A stretch of DNA of 64,000 bases, taken from Macrostomum hystrix. Taxonomy: Eukaryota; Animalia; Platyhelminthes. The notes beneath the pieces are model-generated. The model was not told the DNA's origin. It worked only from the letters and a program-made list of their open reading frames with translations, and did not search any database. Every line of letters begins with the position of its first letter. Position 1 is the first letter of the stretch. Made by a program: the position numbers and the translations under genes. The DNA lies in contig CATNEN010000024.1 of NCBI GenBank assembly GCA_950097015.1, forward strand, positions 620,001-684,000, read 5' to 3'. This document shows, piece by piece, positions 46,207 to 60,110 of the stretch.

Positions 46207-46639
46207 GTATGATTGTGATGGACTGTTTAGTGACTGTTTATTGGCCGTTTAAATACTATTGTTTGCAGTGCGCTTATGTTAGATTTTGTCTCTTTGTGCG
46301 AGCATTTGCTAATATTCTTTGCGGTTGCTTTTGCTAAAACTTTTTTTTTCATGATTTGATTTTGATTTGATTTGAAATGCTAATGATTTTTTGAGTTGCC
46401 TTATGCTCTGAGTTTTTTTTGCTTGAAAACTATAATTATCGATTTTATTCCTTTTGATTTCTGCGTGATGCAAAAAGATTTTTTTTAATTCCCTAATTAT
46501 CCAGTCACAATATTTTTTTGTTAATTTTTAAGCTTTGTCCTATAACTCTCGTTTTAATTTCTCGCAAGCTTGCTATTCGTCGAAATTTAATTTAATGTAA
46601 TGTCTGCATTCACTATTTTTGTTGCTTTTAGAAGGGAGA

Positions 46640-46816
46640 TGTCATGAGTATAGCGTCTGTGCACAAGTTTGTACACCCGTCTAGGTGTACATGCTAGCGT
46701 TCTCTCTCTCATGCTACCATATTATGTAATCGCGTCTGGCTCTGCGTGTGCTACTTATATATCGGCTGAAGCCAAATAGATTGGTTGGAGCTTTGCTCTC
46801 GTCCGCGCTCATCACA
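46640..46816 (+). repeat. 3' LTR
   Basis: Matches 42065-42241 and is preceded by a polypurine tract. Confidence 0.95.
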
Positions 46817-47187
46817 GCAAGAAGTTTTGCAAGTTTGCAATTTGAAAAGCATTAAAGAAAGTTCCGATCTCGCTGGTGCATTTTTTTCGTGAAAATCTGC
46901 CTTTAATAAATTTTCCAAGAAACAAAGTGTCCCGTGGTTTTTGCTTTCCTCATTGTCTCATAATATTGGATAAGCTAACGTTTAATAATCCTTATAAAAG
47001 ACAAGCTATGAAGCTTTGTAAAAGTGCAATTAAATTCAATAATTGAGTTGTCTATGGCCTGGCTCGAGTTCAGAACGATCGCATCAATAGTGGCAAAGAT
47101 AAATCGAGCGAAAAATGGACAGTAAAAGCTGCTTCACTATTTATATTAAAATCTTTCTATAGCCAGCTAGCTGCAAAGTTGAAGGTT

Positions 47188-48348
47188 ATGCCAGACAGCG
47201 CGGCAAATACAGCTCATAGTTGTGCGACGTGCGCCTCGGGCGCAGAAGTTACCACCCAAGCCTACATCATCGACAGCGCGTGCCGCAGTCTAGGCTACTC
47301 GGCCGTGGTTCGAAAACGTCAAGGCGCTGTCAATGTCGGCGGCAATCACGGAGGCTTTGGTGGCCAGCACAAAAACGAATACCTGTCCGTGCCGGCGCTG
47401 TTGCAAAACTGCGCGGATTTGCTAGCTCTGGTTGAAGCCGGTAATGCAAAATTTATGGAAGCCCAACAGAATCAATCGACAGCTTGCGCCAATGCTGCCA
47501 GCAGCGAAGCCATGTCAAAGACTCCTTCCATGGCCGATGCTAAACCGAGCACGCCGAAGTCGACCAGAATCAGCCGCCTGAAAAGATTCTTCCATTCGTC
47601 GTTTCGTCGCCAGGAGGCTGAGAAGACGACAGCAAAGGGAGAGAAGGCCGTCGAGGCAGTCTCTGGTGTCAATGATTCCAGAAACAGCGCTGGCGATTGG
47701 GCGGAAAACGGAACGGAAATCTCAAATGCCGATCCAGAACCAGCAACGACGGCCTCGAGCCTCCAGCAGATGCTGGCGGATGTTCGGGATGGCGCCGAGA
47801 AGCTGTTTGCGCAAGCGACCGGAATCGGCGACGTCAACGCTGACAGTTCGTTGCCAATCACGTCAAATCTGACACCACTGCAGCGCGAGGTTCTCTACTT
47901 TCAGGTCCGCTGGCCGCAAATAATCCAGGTGGTCTCGGAGAAGCTCGAAGAGGCGGAGTTCTCAGTTGGCCGCCTGCTGGAGACTTCGGAGCTGCGCGGT
48001 CGCGCGGAGGCCAGCGCCAGGGCCCGCGGCGCCGCCCGGATGGCCAGCATGGAGGCGGAGCTGCTGCGGCTGCGTAACGAAATTCGACGCTGCGGGCGTC
48101 ACAGGCTCGGAGCGCAAAAGTCGTCCACAATGCCGGTGAGAAGAGGAGGACGCGACGGCGGTCTTGACGCGCCGATGAAGTCGATGGCGAGTATTCAGAT
48201 GGTAGCAGCTAAGCGGGAGCTGGAGCAAATCACTCGACAGCCAGAGTCCGCCCCTGATGTCGTTGCTATTGTCGACGTCGGACTGGGAGACACATCAAAG
48301 TCCGACGCCGCATTTGTCGCAGACGAGTCGAACAATGACGTATCGTAA
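47188..48348 (+). CDS. Hypothetical 386-aa protein with C-terminal coiled-coil tendency; no recognisable family
   Basis: Non-repetitive, GC-rich 1161-bp ORF with sharp AT-rich flanks. Acceptor-like TCTTTCTATAG at 47152-47162 and AATAAA at 48712-48717. Confidence 0.7.
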   Translation: MPDSAANTAHSCATCASGAEVTTQAYIIDSACRSLGYSAVVRKRQGAVNVGGNHGGFGGQHKNEYLSVPALLQNCADLLALVEAGNAKFMEAQQNQSTACANAASSEAMSKTPSMADAKPSTPKSTRISRLKRFFHSSFRRQEAEKTTAKGEKAVEAVSGVNDSRNSAGDWAENGTEISNADPEPATTASSLQQMLADVRDGAEKLFAQATGIGDVNADSSLPITSNLTPLQREVLYFQVRWPQIIQVVSEKLEEAEFSVGRLLETSELRGRAEASARARGAARMASMEAELLRLRNEIRRCGRHRLGAQKSSTMPVRRGGRDGGLDAPMKSMASIQMVAAKRELEQITRQPESAPDVVAIVDVGLGDTSKSDAAFVADESNNDVS

Positions 48349-48839
48349 CAATTAACAAGGTAATTAATAAGGATTCTAGGGTATTAAAAGACTTGCATAC
48401 AAAACTGTGAGCTAGATTTACTTTTGGAAGTAAGTTTAATATAGAAATAGCTATTGCCATGCTAAGGTACAATTTGTTACAAGAAACAAAAACCTGTCAC
48501 GCTAGTTATATGGAAGTTGCATATCTATTAAATCGCTTTCATTTCGCAAAAGAGTAATTTACTTTTCTAAAGTAAATGTCAAAGTATTCCATGCTTTCGT
48601 TTCGGACATACAACTGCATTAATTAACATTCTGAGTTTTCTGTAACTCACTCAAACATACCTCTGTCCGTCAACAAGCTTCGCCACTTAAGAAACTTGCC
48701 TTAACTTTATGAATAAAATCTCAATTGCAAAACTAGCAATTGAAAAGTGCCTCAAATACTGTCTTTTCAATTATTTGTTTACTTGAAACCGTCACTAACT
48801 GTGCATCCAACTTACTCATGATCGATGAGCACCATACTG

Positions 48840-49330
48840 ATGGGAACCATCCAATAAGAAACCAACTTGTCATAAACCATCTAATTATAAACCCTCCAAT
48901 AAGAAACCAACCTGCCATAAACCATCCAATAAGAAACCATCCAAAAAGAAACCATCCAATAACAAACTAACCAATAAGAAACCATCCAATAACAAACTAA
49001 CCAATAAGAAATCATCCAATAACAAACTAACCAATAAGAAACCATCCAATAACAATCTAACCAATAAGAAATCATCCATTTAGAAACCATCCAATGAGAA
49101 ACCATCCAATAACAAACTAACCAATAAGAAATCATCCAATAACAAACTAACCAATAAGAAATCATCCAATAACAAACTAACCAATAAGAAATCATCCATT
49201 AAGAAACCATCCAATGAGAAACCATCCAATAACAAACTAACCAATAAGAAACCATCCAATAACAAACTAACCAATAAGGAATCATCCATTAAGAAACCAC
49301 CCAATGAGAAACCATCCAATAAGGAATCAT
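48840..49330. repeat. ~30-bp CCAAT-rich array (CCAATAAGAAACCATCCAATAACAAACTAA)n
   Basis: Tandem units between the orphan ORF and the GDI 3' end. Confidence 0.9.
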
Positions 49331-50751
49331 TATTTTAGGAACCAGCAGGTTTTGAATGGTTTTTGAAAAGGAACGAGAGAAGTTTCAAAAAGGCAAGGCA
49401 AATGTAATCATTTTTTTAGTTTTTTTGTTAATATAAGAGACGAGATACGGCAACAGAGACACAGACAGACAGAATATTCAGAGCCTGTGCGCGCGCACAA
49501 CAAATCACCACTCTATTCCTACTATGAAAAAAGATTTATTTCGCTGATTTCCAATGTAATTATCAGTACTCTATGCGCAGCATTGCCTATATTGTGTGTA
49601 ATTAGCGGATCAATAAGGGGGATTATTTCAGTACCGTTTGTAGGATTTTGTCAACAATTAACATTATATAATAGACAATAATCATATATATATTATATTA
49701 TAGTATAGATCGGAAAAAGCGTTTAATTAAATAAAATGAAACAGCGAGCAGACACAAACACAGAGAGAGGAATATTATGCGGAGAAAAAATAGCAAAAAA
49801 ACACAAGCTGACACCCGGGATTGTTTTTCTTTTTATGAAACACGCAAAAAACTGAGAAAAAAAATAAACAAAAAACTGGGAGGTGACAGCTAGCGGTACT
49901 TATCTAGATCTAGTGGGTGCGTGTTATAACAATCAATAATAATCCTTATTACATATTCTATTTCCGATAGTTAATATTATTCTCTTAAAAAAGAAAAAAG
50001 GCCTTTCAACCCGACTCATACTACTAACACTTGGATACAAGTAGTAGTGCTTCGAAGTGCCGCAAACTTACACACGCATTGTGGGTGCATTATTAATTTA
50101 CTAATTAATAGCCTATTATATAATCAGAGTTAATATAAGAATAAGGAATCAACACTGAAACAACACATAGGATCATCGTATAGCAGGGAATCGTTTGGTA
50201 TAGTGCCAAGCAAACGCTATTCTTGTTAGCGAATTAATTAGATCATCTTATAGTATTGAATAGTAGAAAACTATACGTCAAGACTGACGCATAGATATTT
50301 GTGAGACACGAGATCAAGGGTTCGAATCTTAAATGGGTACAGAGGTACCACCCTGCTATAAATTTTCTAGATTTATAAAAGTGACGAAAATAGCCGATTG
50401 ACTAACACGCTTATAATTATAAACGGAATAAAATATTAATGAGGGATAAATATCACTTCTAATAAAGCAAAGCTTAAAGGACAAAAATGACTCAGAGCCT
50501 AAATAAAAATGTATTTTGGAACCCAATTTTTCACGTAAAGCCGGTTAGCTATCAATAGAAGAAGCATTATAGATTATTATTTTATAAGAAATATATTTGA
50601 AGGTGCGCGCGGGGGTAGGGTAAAATAAAACGTGTGTATTTCAAAGAGTTCCAAATAGTTCCAGAAAAAAAATTGTGGTGTCACTTCAGCGTCGCTACGT
50701 TAGTCCACTAATCTCATTCCAGACAGTTTTTAATCCATGCTCCAGTTTGAT

Positions 50752-53700
50752 CTAGTCCTCATCCGCGTTCACAATCTTGTCCTGGACTTTGCTAAAGTCG
50801 AATTTCTCGCCCATCAGGCGCTCGTAGATGTCCAGGACATCACGGCAGGTTGTCTCGAAGTGGGTGGTGGAATCGTAGCTCTTGGAGATGAACAGCTGAA
50901 AGGTTGCAGCATGGGCTTGTAGTTATACAGCTCTGTGAAGACTGGGAAAACTGAATCTCACTGAGACTGGGAAAAACAATCTCAATGAGACTGGGAAACT
51001 GAATCTCAATGAGACTGAGGAAATAGAATCTCAATGAGACTGATCCAACTGAATCTTAATGAGACTGGGAAATAGAATCTCAATGAGACTGGGAAACTGA
51101 ATCTCAATGAGACTGAGGAAATAGAATCTCATTGAGACTGAGGAAATAGAATCTCACTGAGACTGAGGAAATAGAATCTCACTGAGACTGGGAAATAGAA
51201 TGTCAATGAGACTGGGAAATAGAATCTCAATGAGACTGATCCAACTGAATCTTAATGAGACTGGGAAATAGAATCTCAATGAGACTGGGAAATAGAATCT
51301 CAATGAGACTGAGGAAATAGAATCTCATTGAGACTGAGGAAATAGAATCTCACTGAGACTGAGGAAATAGAATCTCACTGAGACTGGGAAATAGAATGTC
51401 AATGAGACTGGGAAATAGAATCTCACTGAGACTGGGAAATAGAATGTCAATGAGACAGAGGAAATAGAATCTCAATGAGACTGGGAAAACTGAATCTCAT
51501 AGAGACTGAGCAAACTGAATTCTCACGTTGGACTTCTCGCTGGTGCTGCTAGGCTCCAGCAGGTCGCTCTCCTTGTAGAAGATCTGATCAATTGGGCCCA
51601 ACAGGTTTAGACCGGGTCGCAACTCCTCGCGCGGATTATTAGTCTCAACAATGGTGGACACCATGGCGATGAAGTTGCCCTTGGAGGCGACATTGTGGGC
51701 GTAGGAGACGGCGCACACGTAGATATCTATGTCAAAAAAGAGGAGCGTGGGAGGTTGCTGAATTGTAGGAAAGGATAAGTTATGTTTGAAAAGACACACT
51801 ATTATGCTGTGCAACATTTCTGGCAATAAAGAACATCTTATCAGAGCCAAATTTTTAGCTGACCGCTATAGTTAGTGCCTAATTGATAAGGCTATGCACA
51901 CAGCGTTACCGCAGTAATCTGTACAATAAACACTTGACAGTGTTTAGAATTCTAGTGTAGACTTTTTAATGTTAAATATCAAACATTGAAAGGCAAAACT
52001 CTTTTTTTAATAGTCGGCAAACGTCAGGAACCGAATGCCAGAATTTAGATACAAAATATGAATTTCAGATCTTGCCCGAAATTTCGAGTTTCAATAAAAA
52101 TCACAATTTTCTTTTTTTCCGAAAATCCGAAAAATATCTAATTAGGATATCACTATTTCAGATTTTTTAAACCAAAATTCGGTAATTTCAAAAACTTTTA
52201 ACCCGAAGCTTCCTTAACAACAGCTTCATAAAATGCTCACCGTGCTTCCTGTTGACCTGGTTCTGCGGAATGATGATCTGTACGGACAGTTTGTCGCCGG
52301 TGTCAGGTAGCGGGTGTCGCAGGATGCAGATGGCGCGAACAACGCTACCAACTTTGCGCACCTTATCCGGGGCGTAATTGGGATCACAGATGACAGCCTT
52401 GCACTTGGCCACCTGGCCCTCGGATTGGACGCCAACAACGGTGCCAGCCTCGTCAAAGACAATCTCGGCATCCGGCTTATTTAGCATGTAGGTGCCGCCG
52501 TACACGGCAGACAGGCGAGCGAAGCCCTGTGGCAGTTCGCCCAGGCCGTACATCGGGTAAAGATAGGGCGAGTTTCCGTACCTTGGGAGGTGGGGATGAG
52601 AGTTTAATGCTTATTTTTTTAATAGTAAGTTTTCTAGAGATGGGGAGATTACAAGAGAGGATCTTGGGGAGATTACAAGATACGATTTTTAGGAGATTAC
52701 AAGATAGGATCTTGGGGAGATTGCAAGATAGGATCTTGAGGAGATTACAATATAGGATCTTGAGGAGATTACAAGATAGAATCTTGGGGAGATTACAAGA
52801 GAGGATCTTGGGGAGATTACAAGATACGATTTTTAGGAGATTACAAGATAGGATCTTAGGGAGATTACAAGATAGGATCTTAGGGAGATTACAAGATAGG
52901 ATCTTGAGGAGATTACAAGATACGAGTTTGGGGAGATTGCAAGATATCTTGGGGAGATTACAAGATAGGATCTTAGGGAGATTACAAGATTAAGATTTTG
53001 GGGAGATTACAAGACTGGATTTTTAGGAGATAACAAGATAGCAATTTGGGGAGATTACAAGATAGGATCTTGGGGAGATTGCAAGATAGGATCTTGAGGA
53101 GATTACAATATAGGATCTTGAGGAGATTACAAGAGAGGATCTTGGGGAGATTACAAGATAGGATCTTAGGGAGATTACAAGATACGATTTTTAGGAGATT
53201 ACAAGATAGGATCTTAGGGAGATTACAAGATAGGATCTTAGGGAGATTACAAGATAGGATCTTAGGGATATTACAAGATAGGATCTTAGGGAGATTACAA
53301 GATAGGATCTTGAGGAGATTACAAGATACGAGTTTGGGGAGATTGCAAGATATCTTGGGGAGATTACAAGATAGGATTTTGAGGAGATTACAAGATAGGA
53401 TCTTAGGGAGATTACAAGATAGGATCTTAGGGAGATTACAAGATTAAGATTTTGGGGAGATTACAAGACTGGATTTTTAGGAGATAACAAGATAGCAATT
53501 TGGGGAGATTACAAGATAGGATCTTGGGGAGAATAAAAATACGATTTTCGGGAGATTACAGGATAGTATTTTGGGGAGATTAGACTGGGGAAGGTGACTT
53601 ATTAGAATACCTTCAAGTATACAAAAGGTATTTTATAAGTGTTCCAGGCTTTGTTCTTTTGTAAGTGCAGTAAGTTCAAAACTAAAATCCATGTCAGCAA

Positions 53701-56694
53701 AATCTACATATGCGATAATTTCTGAGAAAATAAACTGCGTAAAAAAACAATTCAACAAACCTGGCCAGCGACTCGCTGTACAGCTTGATGCGCCTAATAG
53801 CATCAACAGCCGGGGTGTTCATATATTCATCGTTTAGGTACAGACAGATGGCGTGTCCAGTAAAATCCGTGGTGTTCTGATCCACGCCGAATTTCTCATA
53901 GGCGGCGCGCACCGTATCCTTGTGAATGTCGATGCCCTCCCACGTGGCCCGGTTGTTCTCGTCAATGTTCTGGGCCCAGATCAGAAACTTGCGGAACCTG
54001 TGCAATCACGTTAAACAAGAATAATAATACTTGGTAACATTAGACCCGCAGCCAGCAAGGAGGCAATACTGCCCTTTACGCTGAACACGCGCACTCGTGT
54101 GTAAATCTGTCTTGACTGTCTCATCATAAGACATTGTGCACCATACATGCCCAACTTCAAAATTTCACCCGTCCGGTGTGACTTACTTTTTGTCCAAATT
54201 TGTGACTTAGTTCCTCCCGATTGCGACCTAATTTTCAATTTGTATATGACTTTTCTTGCATTTTTTCTCTTTTCTTCTCTCTCCTCTTTCTCTCTCTCGC
54301 TCATTTCTCCCTCCTTTCTTTTCTCCTTTTCTTCCTTTGTGTTGGGCATGTATGTTGTGCACTCACATTTTGAATTTTGAGGATACATCGGATTCGGACA
54401 GCTACAAAAGAACAAATTTCAACAATACATGTTTTATTAAAATAAAAAAAAGTTAAGACAAACCTTCGCTTCTCGAACATGCCCATTAGAGAGCTGGCCA
54501 GGGCCTCCTTCTCATTACACGGCACCTTGTGAATCTTGCCGCCCTTGTAAACGTAGCTACCTTCTACACTCTTGAACTCCAGGTAGCGCGTCACTCCAGT
54601 GAATAATAGCAGCTTGACTAGGGCGCCGTTGGCCATTAGAAATTTTGGAATCAGATCGACATTCCAGTCGCGGAATTTTTCAAGGTACTCGGGTGGCGAG
54701 CCCATTTTGAACATGCTGAACAGATCATTCAGCGGAGTGATGGAAGCGCTGTCTCCGCCGTAATAATTGTTGCGATCCATGTGCAGCACCTTCTTGCCAC
54801 TCACTGACATCAAGCCACTCAGGATGCACTCCTGTGTTTTTAGGCACGCAGATTAAATAATAAACTCAAGATACCATTAGAAACTCAAAGTTTCAAAAGA
54901 AAATGTATTATAAATATGGAGATTCCAAAAAAATTTTTTTTTATAAAAAAGCTTGTAAAACACTTAAGCATAATAAAAATATACAATAAAAGACTAATTT
55001 GAATACAGTTAGATGCTGATACTCACACTTTCATAAACTAGGTGATCAATTAAGTAAAGCTGGTCTAAATATGACAAATATATAGGTACTTACTAGCAAT
55101 TTTAGACCTCCTTTGGGGAGCAGAAGCTGAAACTATGAATCTAAATTAATCACCTAATTTGGAATTCTACTACCATTATATATGAGTACTTAATATAAGA
55201 GTACATAAAATAAGAGTAATATAAGAGTACATAATCTACACACAATGCTAAAGGTTGCTAAATCTTTATTCAATGGAAAATCAAAGAATGCTTGTTAAGA
55301 ATATTGTTAACTCAATGCTATATTAAAAATTTGAACTCAAATCAAATTTAGCCTATATTATTCTAGTGCCAGATCCTAACAATATACATTTTTTGCTATA
55401 GATAGTAAACCTGGCAAATGTACTTTTAATAAAAATGGGTGTTAAGCAGCATAACCCATGATTTGACACCAATTTTTTTTAGGCATCACAAAACAGGCAA
55501 CTTATAGCTTAAAGAGCTAAAACATCAATTTAACTCTCTATTGGATCTGCTTAAATTAATACAACTAGGTATTTATAATACAACTACAAGAAAGGATAAT
55601 ACAACTGTGTATTGCATACTTTGTATAGTGTACTGTGAAATAAAATGTTATATTGACACTACTAATGTTTGCTGCAAAGTTTTAAACTAAGTATATTTGA
55701 ACTTTAAAGGTTAAACTTGAAAAACAAAAAACTGTTAAAATTACTTAAAAGCTGTTACTCTCAAACAAAATATAACTTCATCACTATTAAAATTTAATAC
55801 GCAACATATAATCAAATAATTTAACTTAAGAGTTTAACTATAGGATAGATAACTTACTAGTTAGGAATGTGACAAAGTGTGCACCAGAAAAAATATTTTT
55901 CACTAAAAAATGTGTGCCACAAACCAACACCAAAACCCATTCAATAACTCAACATTATTCAACAATAAAGCTGACCTTTTTATAGATCAGCTTTTGTGCA
56001 CCATGACATATCAAAGCAAACGGAGTAAGTCTGAATAAATGATGCTAATTAGCCATTTTAGTATATTTTATATAGGGGCTTAACAATCAAAAGAAGTGAA
56101 GTCCAATTTATGACAAATAAAAACAAGATAAAAAATAACAAAGCCAAAAAGTTACACATGAGGAAAAAATCACAGCTTTATTTAAGTGTTTTATTAAATT
56201 ATATTTATTTAATTTAAGAACAAAGATTGACTTGAGTTTGTGTTAATCTCATTCACACTTGAAAGCCAAATGCAAGGCTTGCATTAGGCCTATAGTACAA
56301 ATGTGCCATGTTAGGCTTTGATTATGCTGATTGCTGATGTTGTTTATGCCAATGTGCTGTGCAAGGAATGTGCACTGATGTGTATTACAATTCTACAAAA
56401 AACAAGTGTGCACCACAATTTTCTACTTAACTGCCACCTCTTGAGAATGTGTAAATGTGTAGCAAATTTTTTTTCAACTTGAGAAATGACTTGACAATCA
56501 GTTATGTAATTGCAACAGTAGGTCAGTAGCTAACAAGTGGCGAGATGAAGCAGTTTTTATTAAAAGGTGCTAAGGTTTACTGTTGAATATAAAAAACGTT
56601 AGTTATTAGTTATAGAATAGACATTTCATAAACATAAAACGATGCCTACCTTGAGTCCAGTGCCAAGAACAATGATATCGTATTCTACATCCAT
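50752..56694 (-). CDS. GDI: Rab GDP dissociation inhibitor (complete, 444 aa)
   Basis: Exons 56694-56650, 54831-54464, 53997-53761, 52581-52241, 51726-51527, 50895-50752 (1335 nt). Motifs [78 protein letters not shown]. Confidence 0.97.
50940..51515. repeat. 22-24-bp minisatellite (GAGACTGGGAAATAGAATCTCAAT-like)
   Basis: Fills GDI intron 5. A degenerate first unit starts at the donor. Confidence 0.93.
52640..53590. repeat. 24-bp minisatellite (GATTACAAGATAGGATCTTGGGGA)n
   Basis: Fills most of GDI intron 3. Confidence 0.95.
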
Positions 56695-58619
56695 GTTAAC
56701 ACCAGAGATTTCTGTTTTTAATTAATCGGTGCTAAGATAAGTATCAGGAAAACTTATGTTCGCTACAAATGTTATTGTAATAGCTTGAAGTTTTACCAAT
56801 ATGATGGCCGCAGCTCTATTTGTTTGGCAAATTAAATATCCTTTTAAATAATTACCAAATTATTATTGTTTAAACAAAATTCTCGAAAACAAAAAACTGT
56901 TTAGCTTAAACTCTAGTTAGCAAGCTTTTGCTAAGTTCTATGTTTAATACCTTTTCATATTGGCATTTGCTTCCACCCTCTTATTAGTGCAATTTCGAAG
57001 CAGTAATTTTTCACAGAAAAATCTGCTATGCCACAATGCGGGTGCTGGTTGGTAGGATCCATATACACGTTTAGATTTATATTATGATGGAATGTTTTTA
57101 TTATAGTTAACTATTGTGTCGTGTGACACACAGTTCTGAATTCGCTTTTATAGTTTCTGTGTCTGACGGTAATTAGTATGGTAATGTGTTGCAGCTTATT
57201 GTAGTTGTTTTCTATAAGAATGGAAGTCGGAAGAGCAAGTTTTTTTTGTTAAATTTAGAGACTTAACTATTGCATCTAGATTTTGTTGTCAATTTTTGCT
57301 ATTTTTTAGCTTATAACATCAACTTTTGTTTTAGAGCTAATGGAAAAGCTGAAATTGTGTTTTGTTTCCAGTGCATGTTTGAATGTGTAGTTAAGTAAAA
57401 TTTTGCTGCTTAAAAATGAATGTTTTTTAATTCAGTTTTTAGTAAATAAGGACTCATATCATATCATGTTATCATATCACTACAGAACATTTTTATTTAC
57501 TTTTATTAGCCAAGTCTCTTCTATTCTAGCTTAGGCCAAACAACTTTTAACAATCAAGCAAAACTTACTTAAGCAGTTACTATTTTGAAGTTTACTGTTA
57601 CATTTCTCAAAGCTAATTTGCTTAGAAAAAATGTAGTTTAGTTTAGTGTTTATGGTTAAAATAAAATCAAGATTTTTATTTTTTTTCTCAGCAAAAAATT
57701 GTTGTGTCATTATTTTGGGCCTAGCTTAGAAAAGTTAATTAGAAAAATTAGAAACTTTTCTAGACTTCTAGACAGACTAGTTCTACTTTTCTGATTTGAT
57801 TGATTTAGCTTAGTTAGCTATAAAGTATATGGTTTTGTTAAATAAACTGAATAAATAATTTTCCATTATGTGTTGAAAAAAAGTTATTATTTTATTAATT
57901 GGCTGAAATGTTTAGCTATTGTTATTTATATTGTAATTTTGTAGAAAGCCAAAAAGCTAGACATTACATAGGTTTTTGAAAACAAGGGATTAAACACTTT
58001 TTTTGGCAAAAAATCAAAAACGGTTACTTGCTTGCTTGTAATTGATTTTCTCCCCAACGGCTCAACCGACTTTCACCATTTCTTCACCACAAGATGCCAA
58101 ATATGGGGACAATTATACACATATTTTTTATTAAGCTTAATTGCTAAGGGGATTAAATATTCGAAAAACATGATTTTTTCAAAGGTCAAATCATCTAGGC
58201 CTATTGAGAATTTTACTCACTGCCACTGAATTAGAATTGCATCGTCAAATTGCACGACAACCCCTAGCTGATTGAATTCAAAGCCTGCACTCTGGAGACA
58301 ATTTGGAAATAAATTTACACAACCAACCGCGAGACTGAGTGTACTCTATTTTCTTACTTCATTGTACAAAGCCAGAACTTTGAGAATTCATTTTATAAGG
58401 CAGATTTCTGCACCCACTAACCAACAGTCGGAATAGCCTATGTGTAGGCACTAGGAGTAGGTTAGGCTAGGCTAGGCGATGTGTCCCTGGTTCGACTCTG
58501 CACTGCGTCAAATCATTTAAACTAATTGTCAGTCAGTAGTGATGGATGCGAAGTGATAAATTTTATTTAATTTTGAATATAAAGGGGAAACTTTTAATTC
58601 ACTTTTGCATAGCAAAACC

Positions 58620-59635
58620 ACTGTCTGAATCATGGCTAAACCAGAGCTTGAATCATAGCCAACCAGAGTTTGAATCATGGCTAAACCAGAGTTTGACACA
58701 TGGCTAAACCAGAGTCTGAATCATGGCTAAACCAGAGTTTGAATCGTGGCTAAACCAGCATCAGAATCATGGCTAAACCAGAGTCTGAATCATGGCTAAA
58801 CCAGAGTCTGAATCATGGCTAAACCAGAGTCTGAATCATGGCTAAACCAGAGTCTGAGTCATACCTAAACCAGAGTTTGAATTGTGGCTAAACCAGCATC
58901 TGAATCATGGCTAAACCAGAGTCTGAATCATAGCAAAACCAGAGTTTGAATCATGGCTAAACCAGCATCTGAATCATGGCTAAACCATAGTTTGAATCAT
59001 GGCTAAACCCTAATTTAAATCATTGCAAAACCAGAGTTTGAATCATGGCAAAACTAGAGTTTTAATCATGGCTAAACCAGAGTTTGAATCATGGCTAAAC
59101 CAGAGTTTTAATCATGGCCAACCAGAGTTTGAATCAGGGCCAACCAGAGTTTGAATCATGGCTAAACCAGAGTTTGAATCATAGTCAGCCAACCAGAGTT
59201 TGAGTCATGGCTAAACCCTAATTTAAATCATTGCAAAACCAGAGTTTGAATCATGGCAAAACCAGAGTTTTAATCATGGCTAAACCAGAGTTTGAATCAT
59301 GGCTAAACCAGAGTTTGAATCATGGCTAAACCAGAGTTTTAATCATGGCCAGCCAACCAGAGTTTGAATCATGGCTAAACCAGAGTTTTAATCATAGCCA
59401 GCCAAACAGAGTTTGAATCATGGCAAAACCAGAGTTTTAATCATGGCTAAACCAGAGTTTGAATCATGGCAAAACCCGAGTTTGAATCATGGCTAAACCA
59501 GAGTCTGAATCATAGCTAAATCACAGTTTGAAACATGGCTAAACTAGTGTCTGAATCATGGCTAAACCTGAGTTTGAATCATGGCTTAACCAGAGTTTAA
59601 ATCATAGCCAACCAGAGTTTGAATCATGGCAAAAT
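58620..59635. repeat. 22-bp minisatellite (GAATCATGGCTAAACCAGAGTT-like)
   Basis: About 45 units. Confidence 0.94.
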
Positions 59636-59789
59636 TTTTATTTTGTTATTGAATTGAATTCTAGACATTTCGAGTTTGTTATCTCATAACGTCATAATGA
59701 TATATATTTGTATGATAAATATTTTGCCTAATATTCATTAAATTGTTGTTTTTGTCAATTTTCTACAAAAGAAGCTAATATAAAAATTC

Positions 59790-60110
59790 AACTGGGCAAC
59801 ATCATCAATGGGGAGTCATCATCAAATGGGGGATCATTGTCAACTGGGGGATCATTGTCAACTGGGGGGATCATTGTCAACTGGGTGATCATCATCAACT
59901 GGGGGATCATTGTCAACTGGGGGATCATTGTCAACTGGGGGATCATTGTCAACTGGGGGATCATTGTCAACTGGGGGATCATTGTCAACTGGGGATCATT
60001 GTCAACTGGGGGATCATTGTCAACTGGGGGATAATTGTCAACTGGGGGATCATTGTCAATTGGGGTATCATTGTCAACTGGGGGATCATTGTCAAATGGG
60101 TGACCATTGT
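59790..60110. repeat. ~21-bp minisatellite (GGGGATCATTGTCAACTG with variable G run)
   Basis: Tandem units with a variable G-run length. Confidence 0.92.

Larger units (their letters stand above)
42065..46816 (+). mobile_element. Full-length Ty3/Gypsy LTR retrotransposon, Mag-like (4752 bp)
   Basis: TG..CA LTRs at 42065-42241 and 46640-46816 (177 bp, identical by eye). TSD GCAAG at 42060-42064 and 46817-46821. TGG-starting PBS at 42242. PPT AGAAGGGAGA at 46630-46639. Confidence 0.97.

Noticed and set aside
48840-49330. Homotypic NF-Y (CCAAT) enhancer cluster
   Set aside because: The motif density comes from tandem amplification of one unit, the array lies between two 3' ends, and nothing else suggests function.
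52529-53447. (RLQDRILG)n ORFs
   Set aside because: They come from a 24-bp array inside GDI intron 3, antisense to the gene.
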